Of a stretch of 64,000 nucleotides of DNA, positions 55,212 through 64,000 are shown piece after piece. The DNA is from Candidatus Omnitrophota bacterium (GTDB taxonomy: Bacteria > Omnitrophota > Gorgyraeia > 1-14-0-20-64-10). The notes below the pieces were generated by a model. That model searched no databases. It was not told where the DNA came from and saw nothing but the letters and a program-made list of their open reading frames with translations. Where the stretch lies: the NCBI GenBank assembly GCA_016177405.1, contig JACOVG010000004.1, forward strand, positions 18,674 to 82,673, read 5' to 3'. The position numbers were made by a program, and so were the translations under genes. The stretch's first letter is position 1. Each line of letters starts with the position of its first letter.

Positions 55212-56131
55212 GGAGATGCCTTAAAGCCCTCGACCAGTTGATTCACATTATAGTCCATCCAGGAAAAATAATCGGAGGCCTCCGGCAATTCTCTCACGTT
55301 CTGGCAAAGCGTCACCACCTTCGCCCCGGTCCGTTCGGCCAGCGCCTCCGAGGCGGCCCGGGAGAAATAGGTTGACTGAACGATAACCCGGATGCCGCGG
55401 GTTTTCATGTATTCCTCCAGGAAGCCCAGGTGTTTGGGCCCAGGAGGAATTCCGGGCTTGGGCTCCAGAAACTGCTCGATCCTGATCCCGAGAAATTCCG
55501 CCAGGTACGGCCATTCGTTGTGATAGGCCACCGTCTCTTTCCCTCGAATGGCCGCGGAGATCTTCCTCCAGCCGGCGAGCCGCTGGTCGAGCCGCTGAAG
55601 AAACTCGGCCAATCTTTTCTGATAAGCCGACGCGTGGGCGGGATCGATGTCGGAGAGCTTCTTAGCGATCGCTTTCGCCATGATCTTGGCGTTCTCCGGC
55701 TCCAGCCAGTAATGGGGGTTTCCATAAATGTGGATGTCCCCCATGAGACGAGACAGGGGCCGGTCCGGCACCTCCAGCAACGGAATGCCGATGGACAGAT
55801 CCAGCTCCCCTTCTTGGCCCGGGAAGACCCTCGCGTTACCGGCAGCATCCAAGAGCGGGCCTTTCCAGACCTCCAGATCGAGGCCCGCGTGGACCAGCAA
55901 ATCCGCCTTCTTCACCTTGAGCACATCGCTGGGCCTGGGCTCAATGAAGTGCGGGTTGAAGCGGGGCGGGGCCACCGAGGTCACCTCCACCTCCTCCGCG
56001 CCGATCTGCTTGACCAGGTCGGCAAAGGTGGACAGCGTGGTCACCACGCGCAGGGGCGCAGCGCCCCAAACGAACGGCGTCGGTTCCTGCGCCGCGATCA
56101 GGACTAAAAGACCAGCGAGTATTTTTCTCAT
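55208..56131 (-). CDS. znuA: metal-binding periplasmic solute-binding protein (TroA/ZnuA family)
   Basis: Cluster A-I SBP fold with His/Asp metal ligands. The ATG at 56131 gives a signal peptide MRKILAGLLVLIAAQ. The track ORF N-terminal extension is not supported. Confidence 0.8.
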   Translation of the reverse strand: MRKILAGLLVLIAAQEPTPFVWGAAPLRVVTTLSTFADLVKQIGAEEVEVTSVAPPRFNPHFIEPRPSDVLKVKKADLLVHAGLDLEVWKGPLLDAAGNARVFPGQEGELDLSIGIPLLEVPDRPLSRLMGDIHIYGNPHYWLEPENAKIMAKAIAKKLSDIDPAHASAYQKRLAEFLQRLDQRLAGWRKISAAIRGKETVAYHNEWPYLAEFLGIRIEQFLEPKPGIPPGPKHLGFLEEYMKTRGIRVIVQSTYFSRAASEALAERTGAKVVTLCQNVRELPEASDYFSWMDYNVNQLVEGFKASP

Positions 56132-56138
56132 GGCGGGC

Positions 56139-57452
56139 TCACTGAAGCTGGTGCTTGTGGGTGCCGATGGCGAAGGTCCCCTGGAGGAAAACGGCGTCAT
56201 CCTCCTTGGAGCTTGCACGCTCCTCGTGCCGGTACTGGAGCCGCCACCGGGCCCATTCGCTCTGATAAAAGGTCACAAAGGCGCTCAACCCCTGATCGGC
56301 ATGCCGGCTGGCGGCCGTATCGATGAGCCGCGCATGATCGGCCCTCAAACCGGCCCCCCAGCGGGGAGCGAATTTGTAGTCGGCCAGAAGGTACGCCCCC
56401 CAGGGGTGGCGGTCGAATTGGGTCGTTGCCCCGGTGGTGGAGTCTATGCCGAAGGCCTCGTCCCGGTGCTGGAGGTAAAACTCCCCTTGGAGTTTGAGCT
56501 TCGTGCTGGGGGAGAGATGGTTCAGGTAGGTGGCGTCCAGCCCCAGCACGTTCACCTCAAAGGCGGCGTCGGCGTCACTGGAACCCACCAAGTGAGAGAT
56601 CCCCAGCTCAAGATTCGAGGCCTCGGTGAGATCCTTGAAGGCCTTGAGGTGGCTGTAAAGGGTGGGCCGGCGCCTGGTGGATCCGAAGGTGGCGGCCCCC
56701 TCGCCGATGCCCCCTTCCAAAACACCCACGGTCGGCTCCAGGACCGTCCCCCCGGGCCCCTCCAGAATGCCGGTCAGATCCGCGCCGCTTCGGAAATAAC
56801 CTTCGGCGCCGAAGTAGCGTCGGATGACGATCGGCTCATCCACGGTGGAGAGCTGGTCCCGGTGGATCCCCGCCGTCTTGCCGATCTTGGGAAAGAAGCG
56901 TCCGAAGCGTCCCTTCAAATCCCACGGCAAGTTCCAGTACGTGAGGTAGGCTTCCTCAATGTCGGCCGCCTCGGAGTCGGAGAAGGCGAAGGTGGCGTCA
57001 AACCGGGAGTAGGGGTCCACATAGCCCCCCACGATCAGCTCCACCTCGCGGGCGGAGAACCGGTCGTTGCCATCGCCGTCGGCCCCGTCCTGCGAGGAGG
57101 TGGCCACGAGGTCGCCCAGCAAGCCGATCTCCGGAAGAACCGAGCCGATCACCCCCGGCAAGGAACTCCCTTTGGCTGGAGCCGGCGGCGCAGGCATGGG
57201 GCCCGATGGAGCGGCCGGCGTGGCCGCCGGCTGTTTGATTTGGCGCTCCAATTCATCGATCCGCGCCTGCTGTTTTTGAATCAACTCATTCTGATTCTCA
57301 AGGGATTGCCGCATCTCCCCCAGTGTCTTGCGCATTTCCTTCAGCTCCTCTGCCACCTCTGAACTTGAATCCGCCCGGGCGCAGGGTAAAAGGGCTGCAG
57401 ACAGTAAACCCGCGAGCAGGGCGCTCGCGCCAATGAAGACAACATGCCGCAT
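56139..57452 (-). CDS. outer-membrane porin-like protein with N-terminal coiled coil
   Basis: Signal peptide, a 60-aa coiled coil, a Pro/Ala linker, then a beta-barrel-like region. It is the first large gene of the znuAB operon. Confidence 0.55.
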   Translation of the reverse strand: MRHVVFIGASALLAGLLSAALLPCARADSSSEVAEELKEMRKTLGEMRQSLENQNELIQKQQARIDELERQIKQPAATPAAPSGPMPAPPAPAKGSSLPGVIGSVLPEIGLLGDLVATSSQDGADGDGNDRFSAREVELIVGGYVDPYSRFDATFAFSDSEAADIEEAYLTYWNLPWDLKGRFGRFFPKIGKTAGIHRDQLSTVDEPIVIRRYFGAEGYFRSGADLTGILEGPGGTVLEPTVGVLEGGIGEGAATFGSTRRRPTLYSHLKAFKDLTEASNLELGISHLVGSSDADAAFEVNVLGLDATYLNHLSPSTKLKLQGEFYLQHRDEAFGIDSTTGATTQFDRHPWGAYLLADYKFAPRWGAGLRADHARLIDTAASRHADQGLSAFVTFYQSEWARWRLQYRHEERASSKEDDAVFLQGTFAIGTHKHQLQ

Positions 57453-57515
57453 GGAATCCTCCTTGTGAAATGAAGCGCTGAATTTCTCGAAATGCCCGGC
57501 AGGAAGAATTACGTT

Positions 57516-57818
57516 CTAGGCAGGAGGGGCGCGGCTGTCGAAAAGGGACGCGGCGTCTTGCGAAACCAGGAGCGGGATTTTCCTAACGGAGGATCCCTCA
57601 AGAAGCTGAAGCGGAACCGGCGCCAAAATCTCCGGCGCGACGGAGGGGAAAGCCGATTGGGCCCGGCAGGCCCAGCAGTCGTGCGGCGCCGAGCCGGACC
57701 CCGCCAGGTGGGAGTGGGGCAGCGCCGAGGCAATTCCCAGCAGGAGAAAGGCGCCCAGCGAAACGATCAGGAGGGTTTTGAGAAAAGGCAACCGGCGCAT
57801 GACCAGAATCGTCGGCAT
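57516..57818 (-). CDS. small membrane protein with HSH..H..CWAC motif
   Basis: One TM helix followed by His/Cys-rich HSHLAGSGSAPHDCWACR. It lies upstream of the porin-znuAB genes. Coordinates are from the ORF track; my own base count places the ATG 1 nt lower. Confidence 0.4.
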   Translation of the reverse strand: MPTILVMRRLPFLKTLLIVSLGAFLLLGIASALPHSHLAGSGSAPHDCWACRAQSAFPSVAPEILAPVPLQLLEGSSVRKIPLLVSQDAASLFDSRAPPA

Positions 57819-57824
57819 CGTGGG

Positions 57825-59864
57825 TTACCTTAAGGTTGCTCCAAATCGCGCCTTCAAGGTTTCCACAATCTTCAGGTGGCTGGCGGCGACCTCGGAGTCT
57901 GTCAGGGTCCGGTCGCCGGCCGAGTAGCTCAATCTGAAGCAGAAGGATTTCTGGCCCGGAGGAACCTGGGGCCCCCGGTAAAGATCGATCAGGGCAAGCT
58001 CCTTAAGAAGCGGGTCGCCCGCCTTCAGAATGGTCTCCCGCGCCGCCCCGTGGGGGGTTTCCTCCGGCACGACGATCGCCAAATCCTGAACCACCGGAGG
58101 AACCTTGGGCAAAGGCCGGATCTGAAGCGGGGAATCGGACCTCTCCGCGATCGGCTCCAGGTCCATCTGGGCAAAGGCCACGGGCAGATGGGTGGGGATC
58201 TCAAAGGCGTTCAAAAGCCCTTCCTCGACCATTCCGCAAACCCCCAGAAGCTCCTTCCCTAAATAGAAGCGCAGAACCGGCCCTTTCAGGCCCTCGGCGC
58301 CCTGGCCCTCCTCTTCCCTCACTGCTCCTAGGTCCATCCGGTCCGCCAGAAACTGAACCGCCCCCTTCACCGCGAGAAATCCCTCGGGGGTCCCCGCCGC
58401 CAGAAGGGACAAGGCCCTGCGCTCCAGAGGGGCAGTGGAAGAGAAGACCTTTCCGGTTTCGAAGAACTGGAGGCGCTCGGCGCTTTTTCGAAGGAGATTG
58501 ACGGCGGCGGATCTCAAGGCGCCGATCATCAGCTGGGGCCTCAAATGGGTGAACTCGGCGCTCAAAGGATTCTGAAGCCTGGGAGCCGCCCGCCCGGACT
58601 CCGGGAAGCGGGAAAGGATCTCTTCGCTCACCAGGCTGTACGTCACAATCTCCTGAAAGCCGGCCTCCGTGAGCAGGAGCTTGAGAAGTTTTTCCCGCTC
58701 CATCCAGGGATCCTCCGCCGGTTTTAAGCTCCGCCCCAGGGCTTGGCGTGAAACGGCAGGCAGGGTGGCCGGACAGCGTTCGTAGCCCCAGAGCCTGGCC
58801 AGCTCCTCGTGAAGATCCTCCGGGATCGCGAGGTCTCTTCTCCAGGAAGGGGGGGACACTGTCCAGCGCTTCACGTTTCCAGTCACCGAACAGCCGATCT
58901 TCTCCAGGAGGCGCCTCTGCTGGGCCGGGTAGATCAGCATCCCCAAGGTCCGCTGGGCCCGCTGGGGATAAAGGGTGATCCGACGCCTGCTTGGTTTCTC
59001 TTGGACGACGTCCACCGGCGGATAATCCAGGCGCCCGCCGGAAAGCTCCTGAATCAACCGGGCGGCGCGCAGGGCCGCGGTCCAAACCATCTGAAAATCC
59101 ACCCCCCGTTCAAACCGATAGGAGCTGTCGGTGGCGAGATGCAGGTTCCGGGAGGCGCGGCGGACGCGGGCCGGATCGAACCAGGCCGATTCCAAAAGGA
59201 CCCGCCGGGTTTGGGGACCCACCTCGGTTTCCCGGCCCCCCATGACGCCGGCCAAGGCCACGGGGCGCTCTTCGTCTGCGATCACCAGAAGCTCCGGGGA
59301 GAGTTCCCGGGTCTGGCCGTCGATCGTCAGGAGCTTTTCGCCGGTCCTGGAGCGCCGCACGCGAAGGGTTTGGCCTTTCAGCGCGTCCAGGTCAAAGGCG
59401 TGCAGCGGCTGGCCCAGCTCGAAGAGAACAAGGTTGGTGGCGTCCACCACGTTGTTGACCGGCCGAAGGCCCATCGCGGCCAGGCGTTCGGCGATGGGGG
59501 GAGGGCTGGGCTTCACCGTCACCCCCTCGATCACAATGCCGACATACCGGCGGCAGTCCCGGTCCTCCAGGTGAATCGCTATGGGGGCGGGCTTGCCGGA
59601 TGAGCTCCACGGGGCGCACCGGCGCGTCAGCCACCTGGGACTGCGGAACCGGCGGCCCAGGATGGCGGCCGTCTCACGGGCCAATCCCAGGTAGCTCAAG
59701 AGATCCGGCCGGTTGGGAGTGACCTCCATCTCCAAGAGCCAATCGCTTCCTGCCCGCGCGAGGCCCGTCACCTCGGTGCCGGCCATGGTCAGCCGCTCAC
59801 CCAGCGCCGCCGGCGGGATGGAAAGCTCCACGAACTCCTTAAGCCACGACAGGAGGATTTTCAT
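57825..59864 (-). CDS. pheT: phenylalanine--tRNA ligase beta subunit
   Basis: B3/B4, B5 and FDX-ACB-like domains. The ATG at 59864 overlaps the pheS stop as ATGA (MKILLSWLKEFVEL). The track extension is low complexity. Confidence 0.88.
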   Translation of the reverse strand: MKILLSWLKEFVELSIPPAALGERLTMAGTEVTGLARAGSDWLLEMEVTPNRPDLLSYLGLARETAAILGRRFRSPRWLTRRCAPWSSSGKPAPIAIHLEDRDCRRYVGIVIEGVTVKPSPPPIAERLAAMGLRPVNNVVDATNLVLFELGQPLHAFDLDALKGQTLRVRRSRTGEKLLTIDGQTRELSPELLVIADEERPVALAGVMGGRETEVGPQTRRVLLESAWFDPARVRRASRNLHLATDSSYRFERGVDFQMVWTAALRAARLIQELSGGRLDYPPVDVVQEKPSRRRITLYPQRAQRTLGMLIYPAQQRRLLEKIGCSVTGNVKRWTVSPPSWRRDLAIPEDLHEELARLWGYERCPATLPAVSRQALGRSLKPAEDPWMEREKLLKLLLTEAGFQEIVTYSLVSEEILSRFPESGRAAPRLQNPLSAEFTHLRPQLMIGALRSAAVNLLRKSAERLQFFETGKVFSSTAPLERRALSLLAAGTPEGFLAVKGAVQFLADRMDLGAVREEEGQGAEGLKGPVLRFYLGKELLGVCGMVEEGLLNAFEIPTHLPVAFAQMDLEPIAERSDSPLQIRPLPKVPPVVQDLAIVVPEETPHGAARETILKAGDPLLKELALIDLYRGPQVPPGQKSFCFRLSYSAGDRTLTDSEVAASHLKIVETLKARFGATLR

Positions 59865-60898
59865 GGGAATTGCTGGAGAAACCGGATGTCGTTCTCGTAA
59901 AAGAGCCGGATGTCGTTGATGCCGTATTTCAGCATGGCGATCCTCTCCACCCCCATTCCGAAGGCGAAGCCGACGGTCCCCGCCGGAAAACCCACCGCCT
60001 TGAAAACGGCCGGATGCACCATCCCGCAGCCCAAGATCTCCAGCCACCCCTTCTGGCCGCAGACGCTGCAGCCGCGAGACTGGCAGAGGCTGCAGGCCAG
60101 ATCCCCCTCGGCCGAGGGCTCGGTAAAGGGAAAGTAGTGCGGCCGGAAACGAAGCCTCGCCTGGCCTCCGAACATCTGCTTGGCCCAAGCCAGGAGGGTC
60201 CCTTTAAGGTCCCCGAAGGTGATCCCTGGTCCCACGGCCAAACCCTCCACCTGGTGAAATTGAAAGCAGTGCGAGGCGTCCACCGCGTCCCGGCGGAAAA
60301 CCCGGCCCGGCACCACGATCTTGAAGGGAGGCCCCTGGGCTTTCATGAAGCGGATCTGCACCGGCGAGGTGTGGGAGCGCAGCAACAGCTTAGGGAGCGA
60401 TTGAAGATAGAAAGTGTCGAAGCTCTCCCGGGAGGGGTGGTCCGCGGGGATGTTCAGCGCCTCGAAGTTGTTCTCCTCGGTTTCAATCTCGGGCCCTTCC
60501 ACGGCGGAGAATCCCAGCCCCCGGAAGATTGCCGTGATCCGGTCGGTCGTCTGGGTCAGCGGATGAAGCCTTCCCGCGGGGGGGCAAAAACCCGGCAGGG
60601 TCAGGTCCAGGTGGGGTCCCCTCGAGGCGCCGGGCCGCTGGGTGAGCCTTTCGTCAAAAAGCTGTGTCAGCTCCTTCTTGACGGCGTTGAGCCGCTGACC
60701 CAGTGCGGAGCGTTCCTTAGGGTTCCACTGCGGCTCGGAGAGCCTCGAGAAATATTCGTTGAGCCGGCCCCGGCGCCCCAGCGCCTGAAGGCGCAGGGCC
60801 TCGGCCGCTTGAGGGTCGGGGCTGCCGGAGAGCTTCTCGCGGACCTCGCCGAGCAGGCCCTCCAGCCCCCGCAGGAGTTCTTCCATGGAGGCCGCCAT
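59861..60898 (-). CDS. pheS: phenylalanine--tRNA ligase alpha subunit
   Basis: Class II motifs 2 and 3 (FRPHYFPFTEPSAE; GFAFGMGVERIAML). Confidence 0.92.
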   Translation of the reverse strand: MAASMEELLRGLEGLLGEVREKLSGSPDPQAAEALRLQALGRRGRLNEYFSRLSEPQWNPKERSALGQRLNAVKKELTQLFDERLTQRPGASRGPHLDLTLPGFCPPAGRLHPLTQTTDRITAIFRGLGFSAVEGPEIETEENNFEALNIPADHPSRESFDTFYLQSLPKLLLRSHTSPVQIRFMKAQGPPFKIVVPGRVFRRDAVDASHCFQFHQVEGLAVGPGITFGDLKGTLLAWAKQMFGGQARLRFRPHYFPFTEPSAEGDLACSLCQSRGCSVCGQKGWLEILGCGMVHPAVFKAVGFPAGTVGFAFGMGVERIAMLKYGINDIRLFYENDIRFLQQFP

Positions 60899-60909
60899 CT
60901 TGGCTTAGG

Positions 60910-61281
60910 TCAGGCGGCTTGCGGCTGGCCTAGGGCGCTCTTCGCGGTCTGGGCAAGCTGCCGGAAGGCAGCTTCATCGTGAACCGCCAGATCGGCCAGG
61001 ATCTTTCGATCCAGGGCTATCTTCGCGGCCTTTAGTCCCGCCATCAATTGGTTGTAGCCCAGGCCCTGGGTTTGGGCCGCGGCATGGATCCGGGTGATCC
61101 ACAGCCGCCGGAAGTCTCCCTTGCGGGCCTTCCGGTCCCGGGTGGCGAAGGCCATCGCCCGGTTGACCGTCTCCTTGGCGCGGCGAAAGAGCTTGGAGCG
61201 CTTGCCCCAGTAGCCCTTCGCTTTTCGGACCATTCGACGGTGGCGTTTTTGACTTGAAACGGCGTGCTTGACGCGTGCCAT
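60910..61281 (-). CDS. rplT: 50S ribosomal protein L20
   Basis: [16 protein letters not shown]... signature. Confidence 0.95.
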   Translation of the reverse strand: MARVKHAVSSQKRHRRMVRKAKGYWGKRSKLFRRAKETVNRAMAFATRDRKARKGDFRRLWITRIHAAAQTQGLGYNQLMAGLKAAKIALDRKILADLAVHDEAAFRQLAQTAKSALGQPQAA

Positions 61282-61291
61282 GGGCTCCTCC

Positions 61292-61489
61292 TTAACCGTA
61301 AGGCAAAAGGCGCTTTATTTTTTCCTCATCGGAAGGGCTCACCAGATCCGGACGCTTCAGACGCCGCATCCTCTTGGGAGCCCTGCCGGAAAGCAGGTGG
61401 CTGCGAAAGGCATGGGCCCTTCGGATCTTGCCCTTGCCGGTGAATCGAAAGCGCTTGGCCGTGGCCTTGCGCGTTTTCATTTTAGGCAT
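61292..61489 (-). CDS. rpmI: 50S ribosomal protein L35
   Basis: [22 protein letters not shown]... signature. Confidence 0.95.
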   Translation of the reverse strand: MPKMKTRKATAKRFRFTGKGKIRRAHAFRSHLLSGRAPKRMRRLKRPDLVSPSDEEKIKRLLPYG

Positions 61490-61502
61490 CGGATAACTCC
61501 TG

Positions 61503-61997
61503 TCATTTGGGGGCCAGCGTCATGAAGATGAACCGCCCCTCCTGCAGCGGCGGCCGCTCCACCTGGGCCACCGGCGAGACGTCCGCTTGGAGCCGATCCA
61601 TGAGGCGCCTCCCGAATTCCTGGTGCGCCATCTCGCGGCCCCGGAACATCAGTGTCACCTTCACCTTGTCCCCCCGCGTCAAGAACTTGAGGAGATTTTT
61701 GAGCTTGGTCTGGTAGTCGTGATCGTCGATCTGCGGCCTGAACCGAAGCTCCTTGAGCTGGCTGTGGTGCTGGCGGTGCTGGTTCTCCCGCTCCTGTTTT
61801 TCCTTCTCATAACGGTACTTGGCGTAATCCATCACCCGGCAGACCGGCGGCCTGGCCTGCGGGGCCACCTCCACCAGATCCAGCCCCGCCTCTTTCGCCA
61901 TCTTGATGGCTGCCTCAATGGCGACCACCCCGAGTGTTTCCCCTTTTTCTCCCACCAACCGAACCTCACGCATGCGAATCTGTTCGTTCACCCTCAA
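61503..61997 (-). CDS. infC: translation initiation factor IF-3
   Basis: INEQIRMREVRLVGEKGE... and the C-domain. Confidence 0.9.
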   Translation of the reverse strand: MRVNEQIRMREVRLVGEKGETLGVVAIEAAIKMAKEAGLDLVEVAPQARPPVCRVMDYAKYRYEKEKQERENQHRQHHSQLKELRFRPQIDDHDYQTKLKNLLKFLTRGDKVKVTLMFRGREMAHQEFGRRLMDRLQADVSPVAQVERPPLQEGRFIFMTLAPK

Positions 61998-62027
61998 TTC
62001 ATCCTTTTGGATGTCGCGTCTCCTCCT

Positions 62028-63746
62028 TTATTTTTTGTCGTGAACCTCCTGCCGAATCCTCTTCACAAACTCGGCCAGCGGCATCGCCCCGAGATCTCCA
62101 CCGGCTCGGGAGCGGACCGCGACCGTGCCGGCCGCCACCTCCCTTTTTCCGACCACCAGCATGTAGGGCACCTTGGCCAGCTGGGCGTCCCGGATGCGGG
62201 CCTGAAGGGTTTCCCTGCGGTCGTCGGTCTCAGCCCGAAGGCCCTCCCGGACCAGCGCCTGGGCCGTCTCGCGAGCGTAGGGCTCCTGATCCTGGGTGAT
62301 GGGGATCGCGGTCACCTGAACCGGAGCCAGCCACGCGGGGAAGGCCCCGCCGTACTGCTCGATCAACGTGCCCATGAAGCGCTCCAGCGATCCGAAGACC
62401 GCCCGGTGGATCATCACCGGGGCCGTCCGCTGTCCGTCCGACTCGGCATAGGTCAAACCGAACCGCTTGGGAAGCACGAAGTCGAGCTGAACCGTGGCGC
62501 ACTGCCAGAAGCGGCCCAGCGTGTCTTTCACATGCACGTCGATCTTGGGGCCGTAGAAGGCCCCGGCGCCGGCGGCCAGCTCGAAGGGAACGTTCCAACG
62601 CTTCAGGGCCGACGTCAGGATCGCCTCGGCCCGGTCCCACTGTTCGGTGTCGCCCAGGAACTCCGGCGGCCGGGTGCTCATCTCCACCTTGTATTCCGGG
62701 AATCCGAAATCCCGCATCGCCTCCTGGATGAACCGCAGAACGCCGCCGATCTCCTCCTCCAGCTGCGCGCTCCGGCAGAAGATGTGGGAATCGTCCTGCG
62801 TGAAGCCGCGCACCCGCAGCAGGCCGTGCAGGACGCCGGATTTTTCGTTCCGGTAAACCGTGCCCAGCTCAAAGAATCTTAAAGGGAGCTCCCGGTAGCT
62901 GCGCAGGACCGATTGATAGATCAGGATGTGCCCCGGGCAGTTCATCGGCTTTAAGCCCCACTCCTGTTCCTCCACCTTGAACAGATACATGTTGGGCTTG
63001 TAATAGTCGTAGTGGCCCGAGCGGACCCAGATGTCGCTTTTTAGGACGTGCGGGGTCACCACCGGCACGTAGCCGCGGGCCGCGTGCTGACGGCGGGCGT
63101 AATCCTCGATGATCCCCCGCAGCACCGCCCCCCGGGGAGGATAAAACACCATCCCGGCCCCCGCCTCCTCCAGCATCGTGAAAAGCCCCAGCGCCTGTCC
63201 CAGCTTCCGGTGGTCCCGGAGCTTGGCCTCCTCCCGGATCTTGAGAAATTCCTTGAGCTCCTCCTGGCTCTCGAAGGCGGTGCCGTAGAGGCGGGTCAGC
63301 TGGGGATTTTTCTCGCTGCCGCGCCAATAGGCCCCGGCCAGGGAAAGGAGCTTGAAGGCCCGGATTTCTCCGGTCGCCTTCAGGTGGGGCCCCTCGCACA
63401 GATCCACAAACTCCCCGTCGGTGTAAAGGGAAACCTTGGGATCCGGGATCCCCTCGATCAGCTCCACCTTGAAGGGCTCCCCGCGTGAGGCAAAGAAGGC
63501 GGCCGCTTTTTCTTTGGTCAGCTCGGAGCGCTCAAAGGGGAGATTCGCCTGCACGATCTTGGCCATCTCGGCCTCGATGGCCGCCAGATCCTCCTCGGCA
63601 AGCGGCCGCTCGGTCTCCACATCGTAGTAAAAGCCCTCCTCGATCGGAGGCCCGATGGCGAGCTTCGTCGTCGGCCACAGGCGCTTCACCGCCTGGGCCG
63701 TCACGTGCGCGGCCGAATGCCGCAGTCTATGCAGCTCGTCGTTCAT
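62028..63746 (-). CDS. thrS: threonine--tRNA ligase (lacking N-terminal TGS domain)
   Basis: Editing-domain HxxxH (RHSAAHV), class II motifs and anticodon-binding domain. At 572 aa it starts where the N2 domain begins, and tRNA-Val 14 nt upstream precludes a longer N-terminus. Confidence 0.88.
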   Translation of the reverse strand: MNDELHRLRHSAAHVTAQAVKRLWPTTKLAIGPPIEEGFYYDVETERPLAEEDLAAIEAEMAKIVQANLPFERSELTKEKAAAFFASRGEPFKVELIEGIPDPKVSLYTDGEFVDLCEGPHLKATGEIRAFKLLSLAGAYWRGSEKNPQLTRLYGTAFESQEELKEFLKIREEAKLRDHRKLGQALGLFTMLEEAGAGMVFYPPRGAVLRGIIEDYARRQHAARGYVPVVTPHVLKSDIWVRSGHYDYYKPNMYLFKVEEQEWGLKPMNCPGHILIYQSVLRSYRELPLRFFELGTVYRNEKSGVLHGLLRVRGFTQDDSHIFCRSAQLEEEIGGVLRFIQEAMRDFGFPEYKVEMSTRPPEFLGDTEQWDRAEAILTSALKRWNVPFELAAGAGAFYGPKIDVHVKDTLGRFWQCATVQLDFVLPKRFGLTYAESDGQRTAPVMIHRAVFGSLERFMGTLIEQYGGAFPAWLAPVQVTAIPITQDQEPYARETAQALVREGLRAETDDRRETLQARIRDAQLAKVPYMLVVGKREVAAGTVAVRSRAGGDLGAMPLAEFVKRIRQEVHDKK

Positions 63747-63759
63747 CGCTCAAATGAGA

Positions 63760-63836
63760 TGGTGGGCCCAAGAGGACTCGAACCTCTGACCTCTTCCATG
63801 TCAAGGAAGCGCTCTAACCAACTGAGCTATGAGCCC
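63760..63836 (-). tRNA. tRNA-Val (anticodon GAC)
   Basis: Manual fold. It begins GGGCUCAUAGCUCAGUUGGUUAGAGC, with anticodon loop UUGACAU, T-arm AGAGG-UUCGAGU-CCUCU and an encoded CCA. Confidence 0.8.
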
Positions 63837-63847
63837 CTCTGTATTCG

Positions 63848-63931
63848 TGCCGGGGGCGGGAGTCGAACCCGCACGGCCTTGCGGCCACAGGATTTTAAGT
63901 CCCGCGCGGATGCCAGTTTCGCCACCCCGGC
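63848..63931 (-). tRNA. tRNA-Leu (anticodon UAA)
   Basis: Manual fold. It begins GCCGGGGUGGCG, with anticodon loop CUUAAAA, a long variable arm GGCCGCAAGGCCGUGC and a T-arm GGGUUCGACUCCCG. Confidence 0.75.
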
Positions 63932-63949
63932 GATGAAAAGAAAAACCTA

Positions 63950-64000
63950 AGGCGCGGGTCGGAATCGAACCGACGAATAACGGTTTTGCAGACCGTTGCC
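63950..64000 (-). tRNA. tRNA-Cys (anticodon GCA), 5' part beyond window end
   Basis: The 3' two-thirds are visible: anticodon arm ACGGU-CUGCAAA-ACCGU, T-arm GUCGG-UUCGAUU-CCGAC, discriminator U. Confidence 0.6.

Overview
This is a 64 kb, high-GC (about 65%) bacterial chromosomal segment. Nearly all genes are on the minus strand, and most are packed into operons with 1-8 nt overlaps. No CRISPR array, integrase or transposase was seen. All function calls below rest on motifs read by eye; no database search was possible.

Contents from start to end:

1. Molybdenum cofactor biosynthesis cluster (97-4434, minus strand): mobB, moeA, a TauE/SafE permease, mogA/moaB, moaC and moaA. A structured leader (4435-4627) upstream of moaA may be a Moco riboswitch.

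2. The centrepiece is a Tat-exported type II DMSO-reductase-family molybdoenzyme operon (4628-12807). Its subunits look most like periplasmic NxrA/NxrB nitrite oxidoreductase of the Nitrospira, Nitrospina and anammox type. In transcription order it reads tatA, a di-heme cytochrome c fused to an NxrC-like gamma subunit, a 1146-aa alpha subunit with a twin-arginine leader, an 87-aa unknown ORF, a beta subunit, a TorD/NarJ-like chaperone, and a ferredoxin-domain protein of unknown N-terminal domain. A 3-Cys Rrf2 regulator (NsrR/IscR-like) is divergently transcribed from tatA.

3. An accessory-looking stretch (13.4-30 kb): two paralogous B12-binding radical SAM enzymes flank a PlpD-like patatin autotransporter, a peroxiredoxin with a divergent OxyR-like regulator and candidate OxyR box, and a secreted HExxH metalloprotease plus vWA gene. 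The last is translationally coupled to a standalone 4xPPC-domain protein, with a lipoprotein and an outer-membrane barrel upstream. A DEAD-box helicase, typA and cspA follow.

4. tRNA-Gln followed by tandem terminator-containing repeats (30.9-31.3 kb), then gltX, xseAB, ymdB and an MTHFS gene.

5. Secreted proteins (36.4-40.1 kb): a coiled-coil protein, an outer-membrane barrel, a His-rich protein and a highly repetitive low-complexity protein, followed by a 315-nt structured intergenic region.

6. A 12 kb operon (40.4-52.6 kb) reading cysH, lipoprotein, sat, ABC ATPase and permease, JAMM, hemC, cobA-hemD, hemB, sulfite/nitrite reductase, hemL, cysK, CymR-like Rrf2. It combines sulfate assimilation with tetrapyrrole/siroheme synthesis.

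7. rarA; then znuA and znuB without znuC, preceded by a porin-like gene and a small CxxC membrane protein; then the thrS-infC-rpmI-rplT-pheS-pheT block and tRNA-Val, tRNA-Leu and a partial tRNA-Cys at the window end.
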